Shown here one piece after another: positions 38,899-48,572 of a stretch of 64,000 bases of DNA (its first letter is position 1; the number at the start of each line of letters is the position of its first letter). The notes beneath the pieces are model-generated. The model was not told where the DNA came from. It did not search any database and saw nothing but the letters and a program-made list of their open reading frames with translations. Origin of the DNA: an uncultured virus (IMG/VR IMGVR_UViG_3300044997_001052) (taxonomy: Duplodnaviria > Heunggongvirae > Uroviricota > Caudoviricetes); IMG/VR virus record IMGVR_UViG_3300044997_001052. One strand, written 5' to 3'. Position numbers and translations under genes: made by a program.

Positions 38899-39536
38899 TG
38901 GACGAACACTTATTAAGATATGATAAGAAAAAGACTTTAGTTTTTATTGATTGTGAGACTTTTAACTTATGTTTAAATTTTTGCCATAATTTACCTTGGC
39001 AAATAGCAATGATTAAAGTAATAGGAGATAAAAAAGTTGATGAGAAAAATTTTTATCTTAAATGGCAAACAGACTTAAAAATTAGTCAAGACGCAGCAAG
39101 AATAACAAGATATGATCATAAAAAAGTTCAAAAAGGAGGTCACGATCCAAAAGAAATATTTCCTACTATAAAAGATTGGCTAGATCATGCTGATTATATT
39201 ATTGGGCATAACACATTAGGCTTTGATATTTATCTAATAAAAGAGTATTATAAATTCATGGGTTTAAAATCTAACCACCTAGTATCTAAATTTATTGATA
39301 CAAATGCAATAGCAAGAGGTATTAAATATGGAACTCCTTTTAATAAAAGTGATAATTTAATTGAATACCAATACAAAATATATCACACAAAAAAGAAAAA
39401 TGTAAAAAGTTCTTTGACTGTTTTAGGTAAAGAGAATGGTATAGATCATGATTATGAGAAACTGCATGACGCTATTAATGATCTTGACTTAAATTTAAAA
39501 GTATGGAATAAATTGAAATGGCAAATAGAGGTATAA
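38898..39536 (+). CDS. DEDDh 3'-5' exonuclease (epsilon-like)
   Basis: IDCET, GHN..GFD, HDA..D. Confidence 0.85.
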   Translation: MDEHLLRYDKKKTLVFIDCETFNLCLNFCHNLPWQIAMIKVIGDKKVDEKNFYLKWQTDLKISQDAARITRYDHKKVQKGGHDPKEIFPTIKDWLDHADYIIGHNTLGFDIYLIKEYYKFMGLKSNHLVSKFIDTNAIARGIKYGTPFNKSDNLIEYQYKIYHTKKKNVKSSLTVLGKENGIDHDYEKLHDAINDLDLNLKVWNKLKWQIEV

Positions 39537-39537
39537 T

Positions 39538-39753
39538 ATGGCTTCGTTAGATGATATATATGATATGATTCAAAAATTAGATGATTCTAATATTGAATAT
39601 CTTCTTATTACTATTCAAAAAGGTAAGAAGAATGGCAAAGCGGACGTCTTTTATTCTTTAAAAGATAAAAATTCAATGAAAATATTAACTCAAGGATTAA
39701 AAGAATTTACAAAAGAAGTAGATAGGATAAATGATGAAGGCAAATTTGATTAA
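39538..39753 (+). CDS. hypothetical protein
   Basis: 71 aa ORF preceded by GAGGT. Confidence 0.6.
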   Translation: MASLDDIYDMIQKLDDSNIEYLLITIQKGKKNGKADVFYSLKDKNSMKILTQGLKEFTKEVDRINDEGKFD

Positions 39754-42331
39754 TTATTCAGAAGATAAGTCTTTCTTTTCTAAGTTTGAAGATATAAATC
39801 TAGATCTTCACGGCGTAAGATTGCCAGAATTTAATATTGATAGTTCAGCAAAAAGACATTTAAACTTAAGCGAAGATGTATCAAATTATGAGTTTTTAAG
39901 AGCTTTATCTTTAAATGGATTTAAAGAACTAAAAATAGACAAGAATCAACAAGAGTATAAAAAATATACAGATCGAGCAAAGCACGAACTAGAAACTTTA
40001 AAAGAGTTAGGATTTATAGATTATATATTATTGGTTTGGGACGTTATTAATTTTTGTAAAACGAACGATATCCCGGTCGGGTTAGGTAGAGGTTCTGCGG
40101 CTGGATCATTAATATTATATTTAATTGGAGTTACAAGGATAGACCCAGTTAAATATAACCTTTATTTTGAAAGATTTATATCTACAATTAGAGCCAAAAA
40201 GCAAGTTATTAACAAGATAACATATTTGGATGGCAGTTTAATGTGCGACGTAGATCTTGATATATGTTATTATAATAGACATAAAGTTCTTGAATATCTT
40301 GAAAACAAATTTAAAGGTAAAACTAGTAAAATACTAACTTTAAATACCCTTAGCGGAAAACTTCTTATAAAAGAATGTGGTAAAATTGTTGCAGAGAAAT
40401 CAGAAGAAGAAATGACAGCAACTTCATCATTAATCCCCAAGATATTCGGTCAAGTAAAAGACATTACGTCTGCATATGAAGAAATACCCAAATTCAAAGA
40501 ATGGTGCGATGATAATAAAGAAGCATACGAAATTGCTTTAAAGTTAAGAGATTTAATTAAGAATAAGGGGGTTCATCCTTCTGGAGTATTGCTATCTTAT
40601 GATGATCTAGAAAAAGTTTGCCCGACAGAATTATCTTCAGATAAAGAGGCAGTCTCAAGCTTTGATATGAATTGGGTTTCTTTATTTAATATTAAATTAG
40701 ATATCTTAGGATTAAGAAGCGTTTCTGTTGTTGATGATGTATGCAAAAGAATAAATATAAAAATATCAGATATTGATCTTAATGATCCATCTATATATAG
40801 AGCCCTACAAGACCTAAGAAGTCCTCATGGTTTATTTCAAATAGAAGCAGATACAAATTTTAAGGTTTGTCAAAAAGTAAAACCTAAAAATCTAGAAGAG
40901 CTAAGCGGAGTATTAGCTCTTGCAAGACCTGGCGCTTTACAGTTTGTTGATAAATATGCAGCACATACAAATCTTCAACAATCAGAAAGTATACACCCAT
41001 TCTTCGATGATATCCTAAAACAAACTGGCGGGGTAGCTCTTTATCAAGAGCAGCTTATGCAAATGGCAAACAAGATTGGCTTTACTTTGGATGAAGCAGA
41101 AATTTTAAGAAGGATTGTAGGTAAAAAGAAAACTGATGAGATTAAAACTTGGCAGAAAAAAATTGAAACAAAAGTAAAAGAAAATAAATTGGCAAAAGAA
41201 GTCGGAGATATCCTATGGAAAATTTTAGAAGATTCAGCAAATTATTCTTTCAATAAATCTCATTCCCTTGCTTATGCAGCTTTAGCGGCAGTTACAATTT
41301 ATCTTAAGTTTAATTATCCACAAGAATTTTTCTTATCCTTATTAAAAATGAGCAAAAATGAGCCAGATCCAATTGGCGAAATATCTAAAATACAAAAAGA
41401 AATGCAAGCGTTTGCGATTGAGCTATTACCTCCACACATTATTAAATCAGAAATGGATTTTTCGCTAGAAAATAGAGACATAAGATTTGGCTTGCTTTCA
41501 ATTAAAGGTATTAGCGATAAATCAATAGAAAAATTAAATAGTTTTAGAAATAAGTATTCTATCAAATTTGAAATATTCCAAGCCGCAGAAGAAGCAGATC
41601 TTAATATTGGAGTATTATCTGCCTTAATTCAAGCTGGCGCGCTAAGTGGATTTAATCAATCAAGAAGCAAAATAGTATTAGAAGCTCAACTATGGAACAT
41701 CTTAACCACTAAAGAAAAAAAGTATTGCGTTTCATTCGCTGAGCAGTTTGATTATGACTTAATTAAAATTATTAAACATTTAAATAAATTTACTGATGAA
41801 AAAAATCACGCTATTATCAAAGATAATAGACTTAAAACAATTAAAAATAAATACGAACCTTATCTTCAAATATATAATCAAAACAATAAAAGCGAAAGCT
41901 TTGCTAACTGGTATTATGAGAAAAAGCTACTAGGTTATACTTACGATAAAACTTTAAAAGATATATTTAATGAAAAAAGGCAAGACTTAATATATATTAA
42001 TAATATATATGACTATCCAATTAATTCTAAAACTATCTTTGTTGGACAAATAGAAGAAATATTTTCTGGCGTATCAAAAAGTGAAAAGAAAACTAGATAT
42101 GTAAGATTAAAAGTATCAGACGAAACAGGAACGATAAATTGTTTATTATTTAATGATAATATAGAAAACAATAAATTACTTAATAACTCCAAAAACTTTG
42201 AAGAAGGTAATATTGTTATTGTTAAAGGCATGATAAAGCAAGATTGCTTATTTGCTGATTTAGTTGCAATACAAGATCATCAAATTTATATGAAATTAAA
42301 TGATTTAAAAAAGATAGATAAAAATAATTGA
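39731..42331 (+). CDS. dnaE: DNA polymerase III alpha, catalytic part lacking PHP domain
   Basis: GRGSAAGS, FERF, DVDLD, HPSG, KLDILGL, YQEQ, YSFNKSH, C-terminal OB fold. Confidence 0.93.
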   Translation: MMKANLINYSEDKSFFSKFEDINLDLHGVRLPEFNIDSSAKRHLNLSEDVSNYEFLRALSLNGFKELKIDKNQQEYKKYTDRAKHELETLKELGFIDYILLVWDVINFCKTNDIPVGLGRGSAAGSLILYLIGVTRIDPVKYNLYFERFISTIRAKKQVINKITYLDGSLMCDVDLDICYYNRHKVLEYLENKFKGKTSKILTLNTLSGKLLIKECGKIVAEKSEEEMTATSSLIPKIFGQVKDITSAYEEIPKFKEWCDDNKEAYEIALKLRDLIKNKGVHPSGVLLSYDDLEKVCPTELSSDKEAVSSFDMNWVSLFNIKLDILGLRSVSVVDDVCKRINIKISDIDLNDPSIYRALQDLRSPHGLFQIEADTNFKVCQKVKPKNLEELSGVLALARPGALQFVDKYAAHTNLQQSESIHPFFDDILKQTGGVALYQEQLMQMANKIGFTLDEAEILRRIVGKKKTDEIKTWQKKIETKVKENKLAKEVGDILWKILEDSANYSFNKSHSLAYAALAAVTIYLKFNYPQEFFLSLLKMSKNEPDPIGEISKIQKEMQAFAIELLPPHIIKSEMDFSLENRDIRFGLLSIKGISDKSIEKLNSFRNKYSIKFEIFQAAEEADLNIGVLSALIQAGALSGFNQSRSKIVLEAQLWNILTTKEKKYCVSFAEQFDYDLIKIIKHLNKFTDEKNHAIIKDNRLKTIKNKYEPYLQIYNQNNKSESFANWYYEKKLLGYTYDKTLKDIFNEKRQDLIYINNIYDYPINSKTIFVGQIEEIFSGVSKSEKKTRYVRLKVSDETGTINCLLFNDNIENNKLLNNSKNFEEGNIVIVKGMIKQDCLFADLVAIQDHQIYMKLNDLKKIDKNN

Positions 42332-42356
42332 CATTTATATAGATAAATAGTAACAT
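42328..42356 (+). promoter_or_regulatory. sigma70-like promoter
   Basis: TTGACA-N17-TAACAT. Confidence 0.65.
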
Positions 42357-42364
42357 AAAGTAAT

Positions 42365-42898
42365 ATGATATCATTTTATAAACCTAATAGTAAAAATAGT
42401 GGCACTGCATGCAGTTTCAGCGTAAATCCTAGAGATGGGTCTATTTGGAGCTCTTTGATTAAGCAAAGCGGTTGGAATGAAAAAACAAAAACTGGATCTT
42501 TTATGGACAACAAAGATAATCCACAAAAAAGTGCAAAGATTAAATATTCAATAACAGAAGCAGCAGGATTACTAGAAGCTCTAGATAAAAATACAGAGTT
42601 CTCAGCTTATCACTCTTCAGAGCAACAAGTAATAAAGATTAAATTTGCGCCTTATATTAGAGATGAAAAACAAGTAGGATTTTCTTATAGCGTTCAAAAA
42701 GAAAGCAAAGAGAACATAGAAAACAAACAATCATATTTAATTGGATTTTATTTTAATGAATCAAGACTATTAAAAGAATTTTTACAATATTCGCTAAATT
42801 CTATATTTGAATCACAAAGAATAGAAACAATCAAAAAAATTAAAAATTCCTCCAAAGAAAAGCCCGCAGATAATCAAGAAGATAGCGAACTTTGGTAA
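42365..42898 (+). CDS. hypothetical protein, possibly ssDNA-binding
   Basis: beta-rich, acidic tail DNQEDSELW, directly after the polymerase. Confidence 0.65.
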   Translation: MISFYKPNSKNSGTACSFSVNPRDGSIWSSLIKQSGWNEKTKTGSFMDNKDNPQKSAKIKYSITEAAGLLEALDKNTEFSAYHSSEQQVIKIKFAPYIRDEKQVGFSYSVQKESKENIENKQSYLIGFYFNESRLLKEFLQYSLNSIFESQRIETIKKIKNSSKEKPADNQEDSELW

Positions 42899-42900
42899 TC

Positions 42901-44814
42901 GTGAGAAGAAAAAAGGTTTTATTTCAAAGCGATTTTTCTTTAGCGAAAACTGGCTTTGGTAGAAACGCCAGAGCTTTGTTAAAGTATTTATATTCCACAA
43001 ATAAATATGATATTGTTCATTATTCATGCGGAATGACTTATAATCATTCAGATTTTAAAAAAACTCCATGGAAATCAGTGGGATCATTGCCAAACACCCA
43101 ACAGGAGATAGAGCAACTAAATCGAGATCCTAATCTTGCAAGATTAGCTAGTTATGGGGCATATTTTGTAGATAGAGTAATTAATGAAGAAAAACCAGAC
43201 GTTTATTTTGCTGTTCAAGATATATGGGGCGTAGATTTTGCTATAGAAAAACCATGGTTTAGTAAAATTAGTTCTGTTATATGGACAACTTTAGATTCGC
43301 TGCCTATTCTTGAGTCTGCTATTAAAAATGCTCCAAAGATAAAAAATTATTGGATTTGGAGTAGTTTTGCGACAAAAGCGCTCAATAAGTTAGGATATAG
43401 CCATATTAAAACTGTACATGGATGTTTAGAGGATAAAGATTTTTATCGTTTATCTGATTTTGATAGAAATCAACTTAGAAAAAAGAACAATATCCCACAA
43501 GATGCATTTATAATAGGATTTGTTTTTAGAAATCAATTAAGAAAAAGCGTTCCAAATTTACTTCAAGGATATGCGCTTTGGAAAAAACAAAATCCTGAAA
43601 TTAAAAATACATATTTATTATTTCATACTCATTGGGGAGAAGGATGGAATATTCATAAACTTGCTACAGAAATAGGCGTTAATCCTCAAGAAATTTTAAC
43701 AACTTATATATGCAAGAACTGTGGCGAATATGAAGTAAAACAATTTACCGGCCAAGATTTAAATTGTAAACATTGTGGGGCAGAAAAAAGTCAAATTACT
43801 ACAAATGTTGGATTGGGAATAACAGAGAATCAATTAAATAAAGTATATAACTTAATGGACGTGTATTGCCACCCTTTTACAAGCGGTGGCCAAGAGATAC
43901 CGATTCAAGAAGCCAAGCTAACAGAACTAATTACTCTTGTAACAAATTATAGCTGTGGAGAAGAAATGTGTACACCAGAAGCAAACTCATTACCCTTAGA
44001 ATGGTCAGAATATAGAGAACATGGAACAGAATTTATCAAAGCCTCGACTTCGCCAGAGTCAATAGCTAAACAATTAAATATTGTTTATAAAATGCCAATC
44101 CATAAAAGGATCGAAATTGGTAAAAAAGCAAGAGATTGGACAATTAAGAATTTTGGAGTAAAAAATGTAGCAAAAATTTTAGAAGATTTTATAGATTCTC
44201 AGCCATTCGTTGATTGGGATAAGATAAAAGAAAATCCAGAAGATAAAAAAGATCCATATTTTCGAATACCAAACATTATTGATGATTCTGAATGGCTAAC
44301 ATTTATGTATCATAATATATTAAAAATGAAAAATATTGATTCAAATGACTCTGGTCATCAATATTGGATGGGCGAATTAAGAAAGGGTGCAAAAAGACAA
44401 GATATTGAAAACTATTTTAGAAATGTAGCTTTACAAGAAAACAATAAATCTAAAGAAGTAAAATTCGAAGATCTTCTAGATCAAAATAATAAAAATAGAA
44501 TCTTATATGTTATGCCAGAAAGTGCTGGAGATGTATTTCTTAGCACAGCACTATTTAAATCTATAAAAAATAGATATCCGCAGCACGATTTGTATGTTGC
44601 CACAAAACCTCAATACAAAGAAATTCTAGAAGGCAATCCTTATATTCATAGATGGATTGAATATAATCCAATTATGGACAACTTAATTTGGCTAGAAGGC
44701 AACAATCAACACGATGGTCATTTTGATATTGCTTATTTACCATACACATGCACTCAAAGGAATTTAAATTATCTTCACAATGGTTTAGATAAGTTAGACT
44801 TTAGTTTAACTTAA
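42901..44814 (+). CDS. GT4-like glycosyltransferase with Zn-ribbon insertion and C-terminal GT9-like N-domain
   Basis: TGFG, RNQLRK, CKNC..CKHC, SGGQEIP..EA; C-terminal SAGDVFLSTAL..YVAT..ILEGNPYI; start GTG 42901 (TTG 42892 possible). Confidence 0.8.
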   Translation: MRRKKVLFQSDFSLAKTGFGRNARALLKYLYSTNKYDIVHYSCGMTYNHSDFKKTPWKSVGSLPNTQQEIEQLNRDPNLARLASYGAYFVDRVINEEKPDVYFAVQDIWGVDFAIEKPWFSKISSVIWTTLDSLPILESAIKNAPKIKNYWIWSSFATKALNKLGYSHIKTVHGCLEDKDFYRLSDFDRNQLRKKNNIPQDAFIIGFVFRNQLRKSVPNLLQGYALWKKQNPEIKNTYLLFHTHWGEGWNIHKLATEIGVNPQEILTTYICKNCGEYEVKQFTGQDLNCKHCGAEKSQITTNVGLGITENQLNKVYNLMDVYCHPFTSGGQEIPIQEAKLTELITLVTNYSCGEEMCTPEANSLPLEWSEYREHGTEFIKASTSPESIAKQLNIVYKMPIHKRIEIGKKARDWTIKNFGVKNVAKILEDFIDSQPFVDWDKIKENPEDKKDPYFRIPNIIDDSEWLTFMYHNILKMKNIDSNDSGHQYWMGELRKGAKRQDIENYFRNVALQENNKSKEVKFEDLLDQNNKNRILYVMPESAGDVFLSTALFKSIKNRYPQHDLYVATKPQYKEILEGNPYIHRWIEYNPIMDNLIWLEGNNQHDGHFDIAYLPYTCTQRNLNYLHNGLDKLDFSLT

Positions 44815-44828
44815 ATTATTATTTTAAA

Positions 44829-45980
44829 ATGAAACTTCTTGATACATACGCAACTAATACAGGATCAAAGATTGACCAACCTTTTATATACTCTAAGTTC
44901 TTTCCTTTGCCTTTGAAAAAATTTGTTACTTTTCAATCTCAAACTCCTTATGACTCAAGAAATTATTCTTATTGGCAAGAAGTCATTAATTTAATACATA
45001 CTTATTTAATAAAAAATGATATTCATATAATTCAATTAGGCGTAAAAGATGAGAAGCCTCTTAATGGAGTAGTTAATCTTTTGGGTCAAACCAATATTAA
45101 TCAACTAGCATATGTTATTGAAAATGGCATTTTACACTTTGGACCAGACAGCTTAAGCGTTCATTTAGCTTCATATTATAATAAACCAATCGTGGCACTC
45201 TATAGCATAAGTAATCCTAATGTTGCTGGGCCACATTTTGGAGATAAGAACAAGCATCTTTTATTGAAAGGATATGAAAGAGTAGGCAATAAAAAACCTT
45301 CATATTCTCAAATAGAAGACCCAAAATCAATAGACACTATTAAACCAGAAGAAGTCGCTATTGGAATATTAAATTTTCTTAATATAGAATATGCAAGATT
45401 GCCAGAAACAATATATTTTGGACCAGATTATAATGTTAAAACTTTTGAAGTGATTCCAGACGATAATTTAGATATAAATTCTATACCAATTGAAAATCCA
45501 ATTATTAGAATGGATTATCTCTTTAACGAACAAACTTTTGAAAAAATTGTTTCTTCTAAAAAATCAATAGTTTTTACTAATAAACCCATTAAAAAAGATC
45601 TTATACAAAAATATAAAAAAAATATAAATCAATTAATATATATTATAGATGAAAATAATGATGTTAATTTTGTTAAATTATTAAAAAATAATTCGATTAA
45701 TTATGTGCTTCTTTCTTTTCTAGAAGAAGATGTTCTAAATAAATATAAATTAGATTACATGGACTATAATCTAATAATTAATAGAAAATATAAAACAAAA
45801 GCAGATACAAATATAAAAGATATTAATAATTTGCATTATAACTCTTCAAAAGTAATACATTCTTCAAAAGGGCAGTTTATATCTAAATATGATTGGATTC
45901 ATGGAATAGGAGATAAAGTGGTAGAAGATCCTGACTTTTGGAAAGAGAGCGATAATTTTTATATTTTTAAGTTGACTTAA
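44829..45980 (+). CDS. GT9 (heptosyltransferase)-like C-domain protein
   Basis: NLLGQTNINQLAYVI...GPDS...HLA....KPIVALY. Confidence 0.7.
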   Translation: MKLLDTYATNTGSKIDQPFIYSKFFPLPLKKFVTFQSQTPYDSRNYSYWQEVINLIHTYLIKNDIHIIQLGVKDEKPLNGVVNLLGQTNINQLAYVIENGILHFGPDSLSVHLASYYNKPIVALYSISNPNVAGPHFGDKNKHLLLKGYERVGNKKPSYSQIEDPKSIDTIKPEEVAIGILNFLNIEYARLPETIYFGPDYNVKTFEVIPDDNLDINSIPIENPIIRMDYLFNEQTFEKIVSSKKSIVFTNKPIKKDLIQKYKKNINQLIYIIDENNDVNFVKLLKNNSINYVLLSFLEEDVLNKYKLDYMDYNLIINRKYKTKADTNIKDINNLHYNSSKVIHSSKGQFISKYDWIHGIGDKVVEDPDFWKESDNFYIFKLT

Positions 45981-46000
45981 TTTAATAATTAAAGTATACT
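45972..46000 (+). promoter_or_regulatory. sigma70-like promoter
   Basis: TTGACT-N17-TATACT, ATG 6 nt downstream. Confidence 0.7.
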
Positions 46001-46006
46001 CATAAA

Positions 46007-46816
46007 ATGAGCCCAAAAATTAAAGATGATCAGAATACAATTTCAATAGGCAGCTCGGAACTAAACCAAGCATTATCCAATAACCAAATAGCATCAGACA
46101 ATACGGCGACGCAAACCCCGCCAAATCTGATAACAAGAAATAAATATGGTCTTTTAGATAGCCCAAATATTAATTATATTTATCATGATGATGGATCAAT
46201 AAACTGGCGCAAAATGGTAAAAACAGAATATCTTGTGCCAAATCGTCAAAAGACTCAAGAAACCGATGTAACAAAATTAGAAGACAAAGATTTATTAATA
46301 TTACTAGGCGGAATAAAAGAGCTAGCTCAGATCCGAGGGTATTCAAAAGTAGAATATAGAGTCGTGGCCGCCTCGGAAAGTTATTTCGCTACAAGCTGTA
46401 GGATTACTTGGCTTCCAAATTTTGAAACAAATGATAAAGAAATAATTTTTGAAGCTCTTGCAGACGCAACTTCTAATAACACAAAATCTTTTGCTCGCTT
46501 TTTTTTAGCAGCAATAGCCGAAAATAGGGCATTTGTTCGTTGTGTTAGGAATTTCCTAAAAATTAATATTGTTTCACAAGAAGAACTTGGAGATGCAAAA
46601 CTAATTGATGATTCGATTTCTATTCAAGAAAATCCCACTTCTCCTCAGTCTCTTTTGGAAAAGACAATGAAAGATAAAAATATAACTTTTGACGCTCTTA
46701 AGAAAAGATTAATTAAAGAAAAATTTGAAGGCGCAGAAGATATTAATAATATAACTGATATACCTAAAGTTAAAATTTTTGAATTAATTGACAGAATTAA
46801 AAAAATTAAAGATTAA
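46007..46816 (+). CDS. hypothetical protein, possible ssDNA-annealing (Rad52/Sak-like) protein
   Basis: G...LA..RG and AIAENRAFVRCVR..L.I....EE pattern; function tentative. Confidence 0.6.
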   Translation: MSPKIKDDQNTISIGSSELNQALSNNQIASDNTATQTPPNLITRNKYGLLDSPNINYIYHDDGSINWRKMVKTEYLVPNRQKTQETDVTKLEDKDLLILLGGIKELAQIRGYSKVEYRVVAASESYFATSCRITWLPNFETNDKEIIFEALADATSNNTKSFARFFLAAIAENRAFVRCVRNFLKINIVSQEELGDAKLIDDSISIQENPTSPQSLLEKTMKDKNITFDALKKRLIKEKFEGAEDINNITDIPKVKIFELIDRIKKIKD

Positions 46817-46906
46817 TATTTTTATTCATATTCTATTTCAGTTATAACGAAGCAGGACTTTATAAGTTTACCTTCTCCTAAGCCAAGGATCTGTATATTA
46901 CACAGA

Positions 46907-47203
46907 TTAATAATCTTTATATTTAATTATATTATTCCGAACAAAATATAAATTAATAAAAAATCCACAAAATGCGCTAAAAACATTACTTAAAAATGGA
47001 TAAGTTAATCCAAAAAATGGATTAACAAAGAAGCTAATAGCTAAAGAAATCCAAAAGCTTGAACATTCATGACAAAGTAAAGGTTTATGAATATAAGGAA
47101 TCTTGGCTATAAAATTACGAAAGGGTCTAGCTACTTCAGTATCACTCCAAGCGTAAGTTACTCCGAGGCAAACAAAAAGATAAACTAAAAATTCGTAAAA
47201 CAT
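46907..47203 (-). CDS. small membrane protein with CxxC (DUF1360-like)
   Basis: hydrophobic helices, LLCHECSSFW. Confidence 0.65.
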   Translation of the reverse strand: MFYEFLVYLFVCLGVTYAWSDTEVARPFRNFIAKIPYIHKPLLCHECSSFWISLAISFFVNPFFGLTYPFLSNVFSAFCGFFINLYFVRNNIIKYKDY

Positions 47204-47674
47204 TTAAACAAAGTATACTACTAATTTAGTTTCTTTCTCTATTACGGAAAAAGATTTAAAGCTAATTTTTTCCATTTCAAGTCGTTTGCAAAGATTTTTC
47301 CAATCTTCCTCAGTTTTTCCAATCTCAAAAACCTTTCCTCCACTATTCCTGAACATACTTTCTCTCATAATTCTCATATGTTCTTCCATTGGGTCTTTAA
47401 ATTGAGTATTTTTAATCTCATTATTTTTTTCTTCTAGTATTTTTTTTATTTCTGGATTATTTAATAAATCATTAAAATAATTTTGATCCACAATAAGCTT
47501 GCTCAAAAGATGGCTACGGACCCTGTTTTTGCAAGAGCAATTAGGATTTGTTCTTGAACTTGTTAGGTCCGCAAGAATTTCTGGATATTTATCTTTTAAA
47601 GAATTAAAAAATGTATCATTTTTTAAAAAAGTGTCAAAAAACACTGGCGTATTTAATAGATCTTGAAACGTCAT
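47204..47674 (-). CDS. hypothetical protein with NPNCSC motif
   Basis: 156 aa ORF abutting 46907..47203. Confidence 0.7.
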   Translation of the reverse strand: MTFQDLLNTPVFFDTFLKNDTFFNSLKDKYPEILADLTSSRTNPNCSCKNRVRSHLLSKLIVDQNYFNDLLNNPEIKKILEEKNNEIKNTQFKDPMEEHMRIMRESMFRNSGGKVFEIGKTEEDWKNLCKRLEMEKISFKSFSVIEKETKLVVYFV

Positions 47675-47713
47675 ATAATTATATTATATTAATATATAAA
47701 AGATATTCTAATT

Positions 47714-48520
47714 TTAATTTCCACTTAATATATAGGTATTTAGATTTAAATTTAATTTTGCATCATCGCTTATGCTATAATTTAACATAGTATCAGAGTT
47801 AATAAAATTAGATAAATTAAAATTTAATATATTTTTATTTGAAGCATATTCTTTTAAGGATAAATTTATACTCCTTTCAGTTATTCCGGTAAATAAATTA
47901 GTAATTTTTTGTTGGTCATACTCGCTCATAGAAAACTGAAGATTTAAGCTAATAGATATTGGGTATTTTATAATCACTTCATCAGGAAGATAGTTTCCTA
48001 TAGTATATACTGCTTCTCTCGGTACGTCTATATTTAAGCCGAAAGACTCTAGTCGATTAGAAAATAATTCACCTATATTCAAATCTGCGTAATGATTATC
48101 TAAAGGTACAAAACGATTCAAATTTCCTGGTCTATAAGAAAAAAGTCCAGAGCGATTTCCAAGTTCGCCTAATATTAAACCTCTTACGTTTGATCTTGGG
48201 TATGCTCCAAGGGCAAAATTAAGAGAATAATTAGTTAAATATCCACTAGAAAATTCAAAAAATTTATTAGCGTATTCGAGTTTTCCAAAGAAAAAATTAG
48301 CCCCAGTATAAAAGATAAATCTATCTGTATCCGCAGGGATATAATCTAAATTAAAATTTGCAATGATTGGTTTAGATATAAAATAATTTTGATTTGTTTC
48401 ATTAATAGATAAAGACGGTTCAATATTACTACTATAAGATAGATCTATAGCCTGAATTCCAGAAACAATTGAATTATTTAGATAAAAATTTTGATTTTCT
48501 ATAGAATAAACATTAAACAT
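47714..48520 (-). CDS. putative structural (tail-associated) protein
   Basis: beta-rich, GTGTAA motif upstream, next to tail tip genes. Confidence 0.6.
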   Translation of the reverse strand: MFNVYSIENQNFYLNNSIVSGIQAIDLSYSSNIEPSLSINETNQNYFISKPIIANFNLDYIPADTDRFIFYTGANFFFGKLEYANKFFEFSSGYLTNYSLNFALGAYPRSNVRGLILGELGNRSGLFSYRPGNLNRFVPLDNHYADLNIGELFSNRLESFGLNIDVPREAVYTIGNYLPDEVIIKYPISISLNLQFSMSEYDQQKITNLFTGITERSINLSLKEYASNKNILNFNLSNFINSDTMLNYSISDDAKLNLNLNTYILSGN

Positions 48521-48529
48521 TAATTATAA

Positions 48530-48551
48530 TTACACTTCTTTTTAAGTGTAA
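48530..48551. promoter_or_regulatory. back-to-back GTGTAA motifs (divergent promoters)
   Basis: TTACAC 48530-48535 and GTGTAA 48546-48551 between divergent genes. Confidence 0.7.
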
Positions 48552-48572
48552 ACTATGTGAGGTAAAAGGTAT

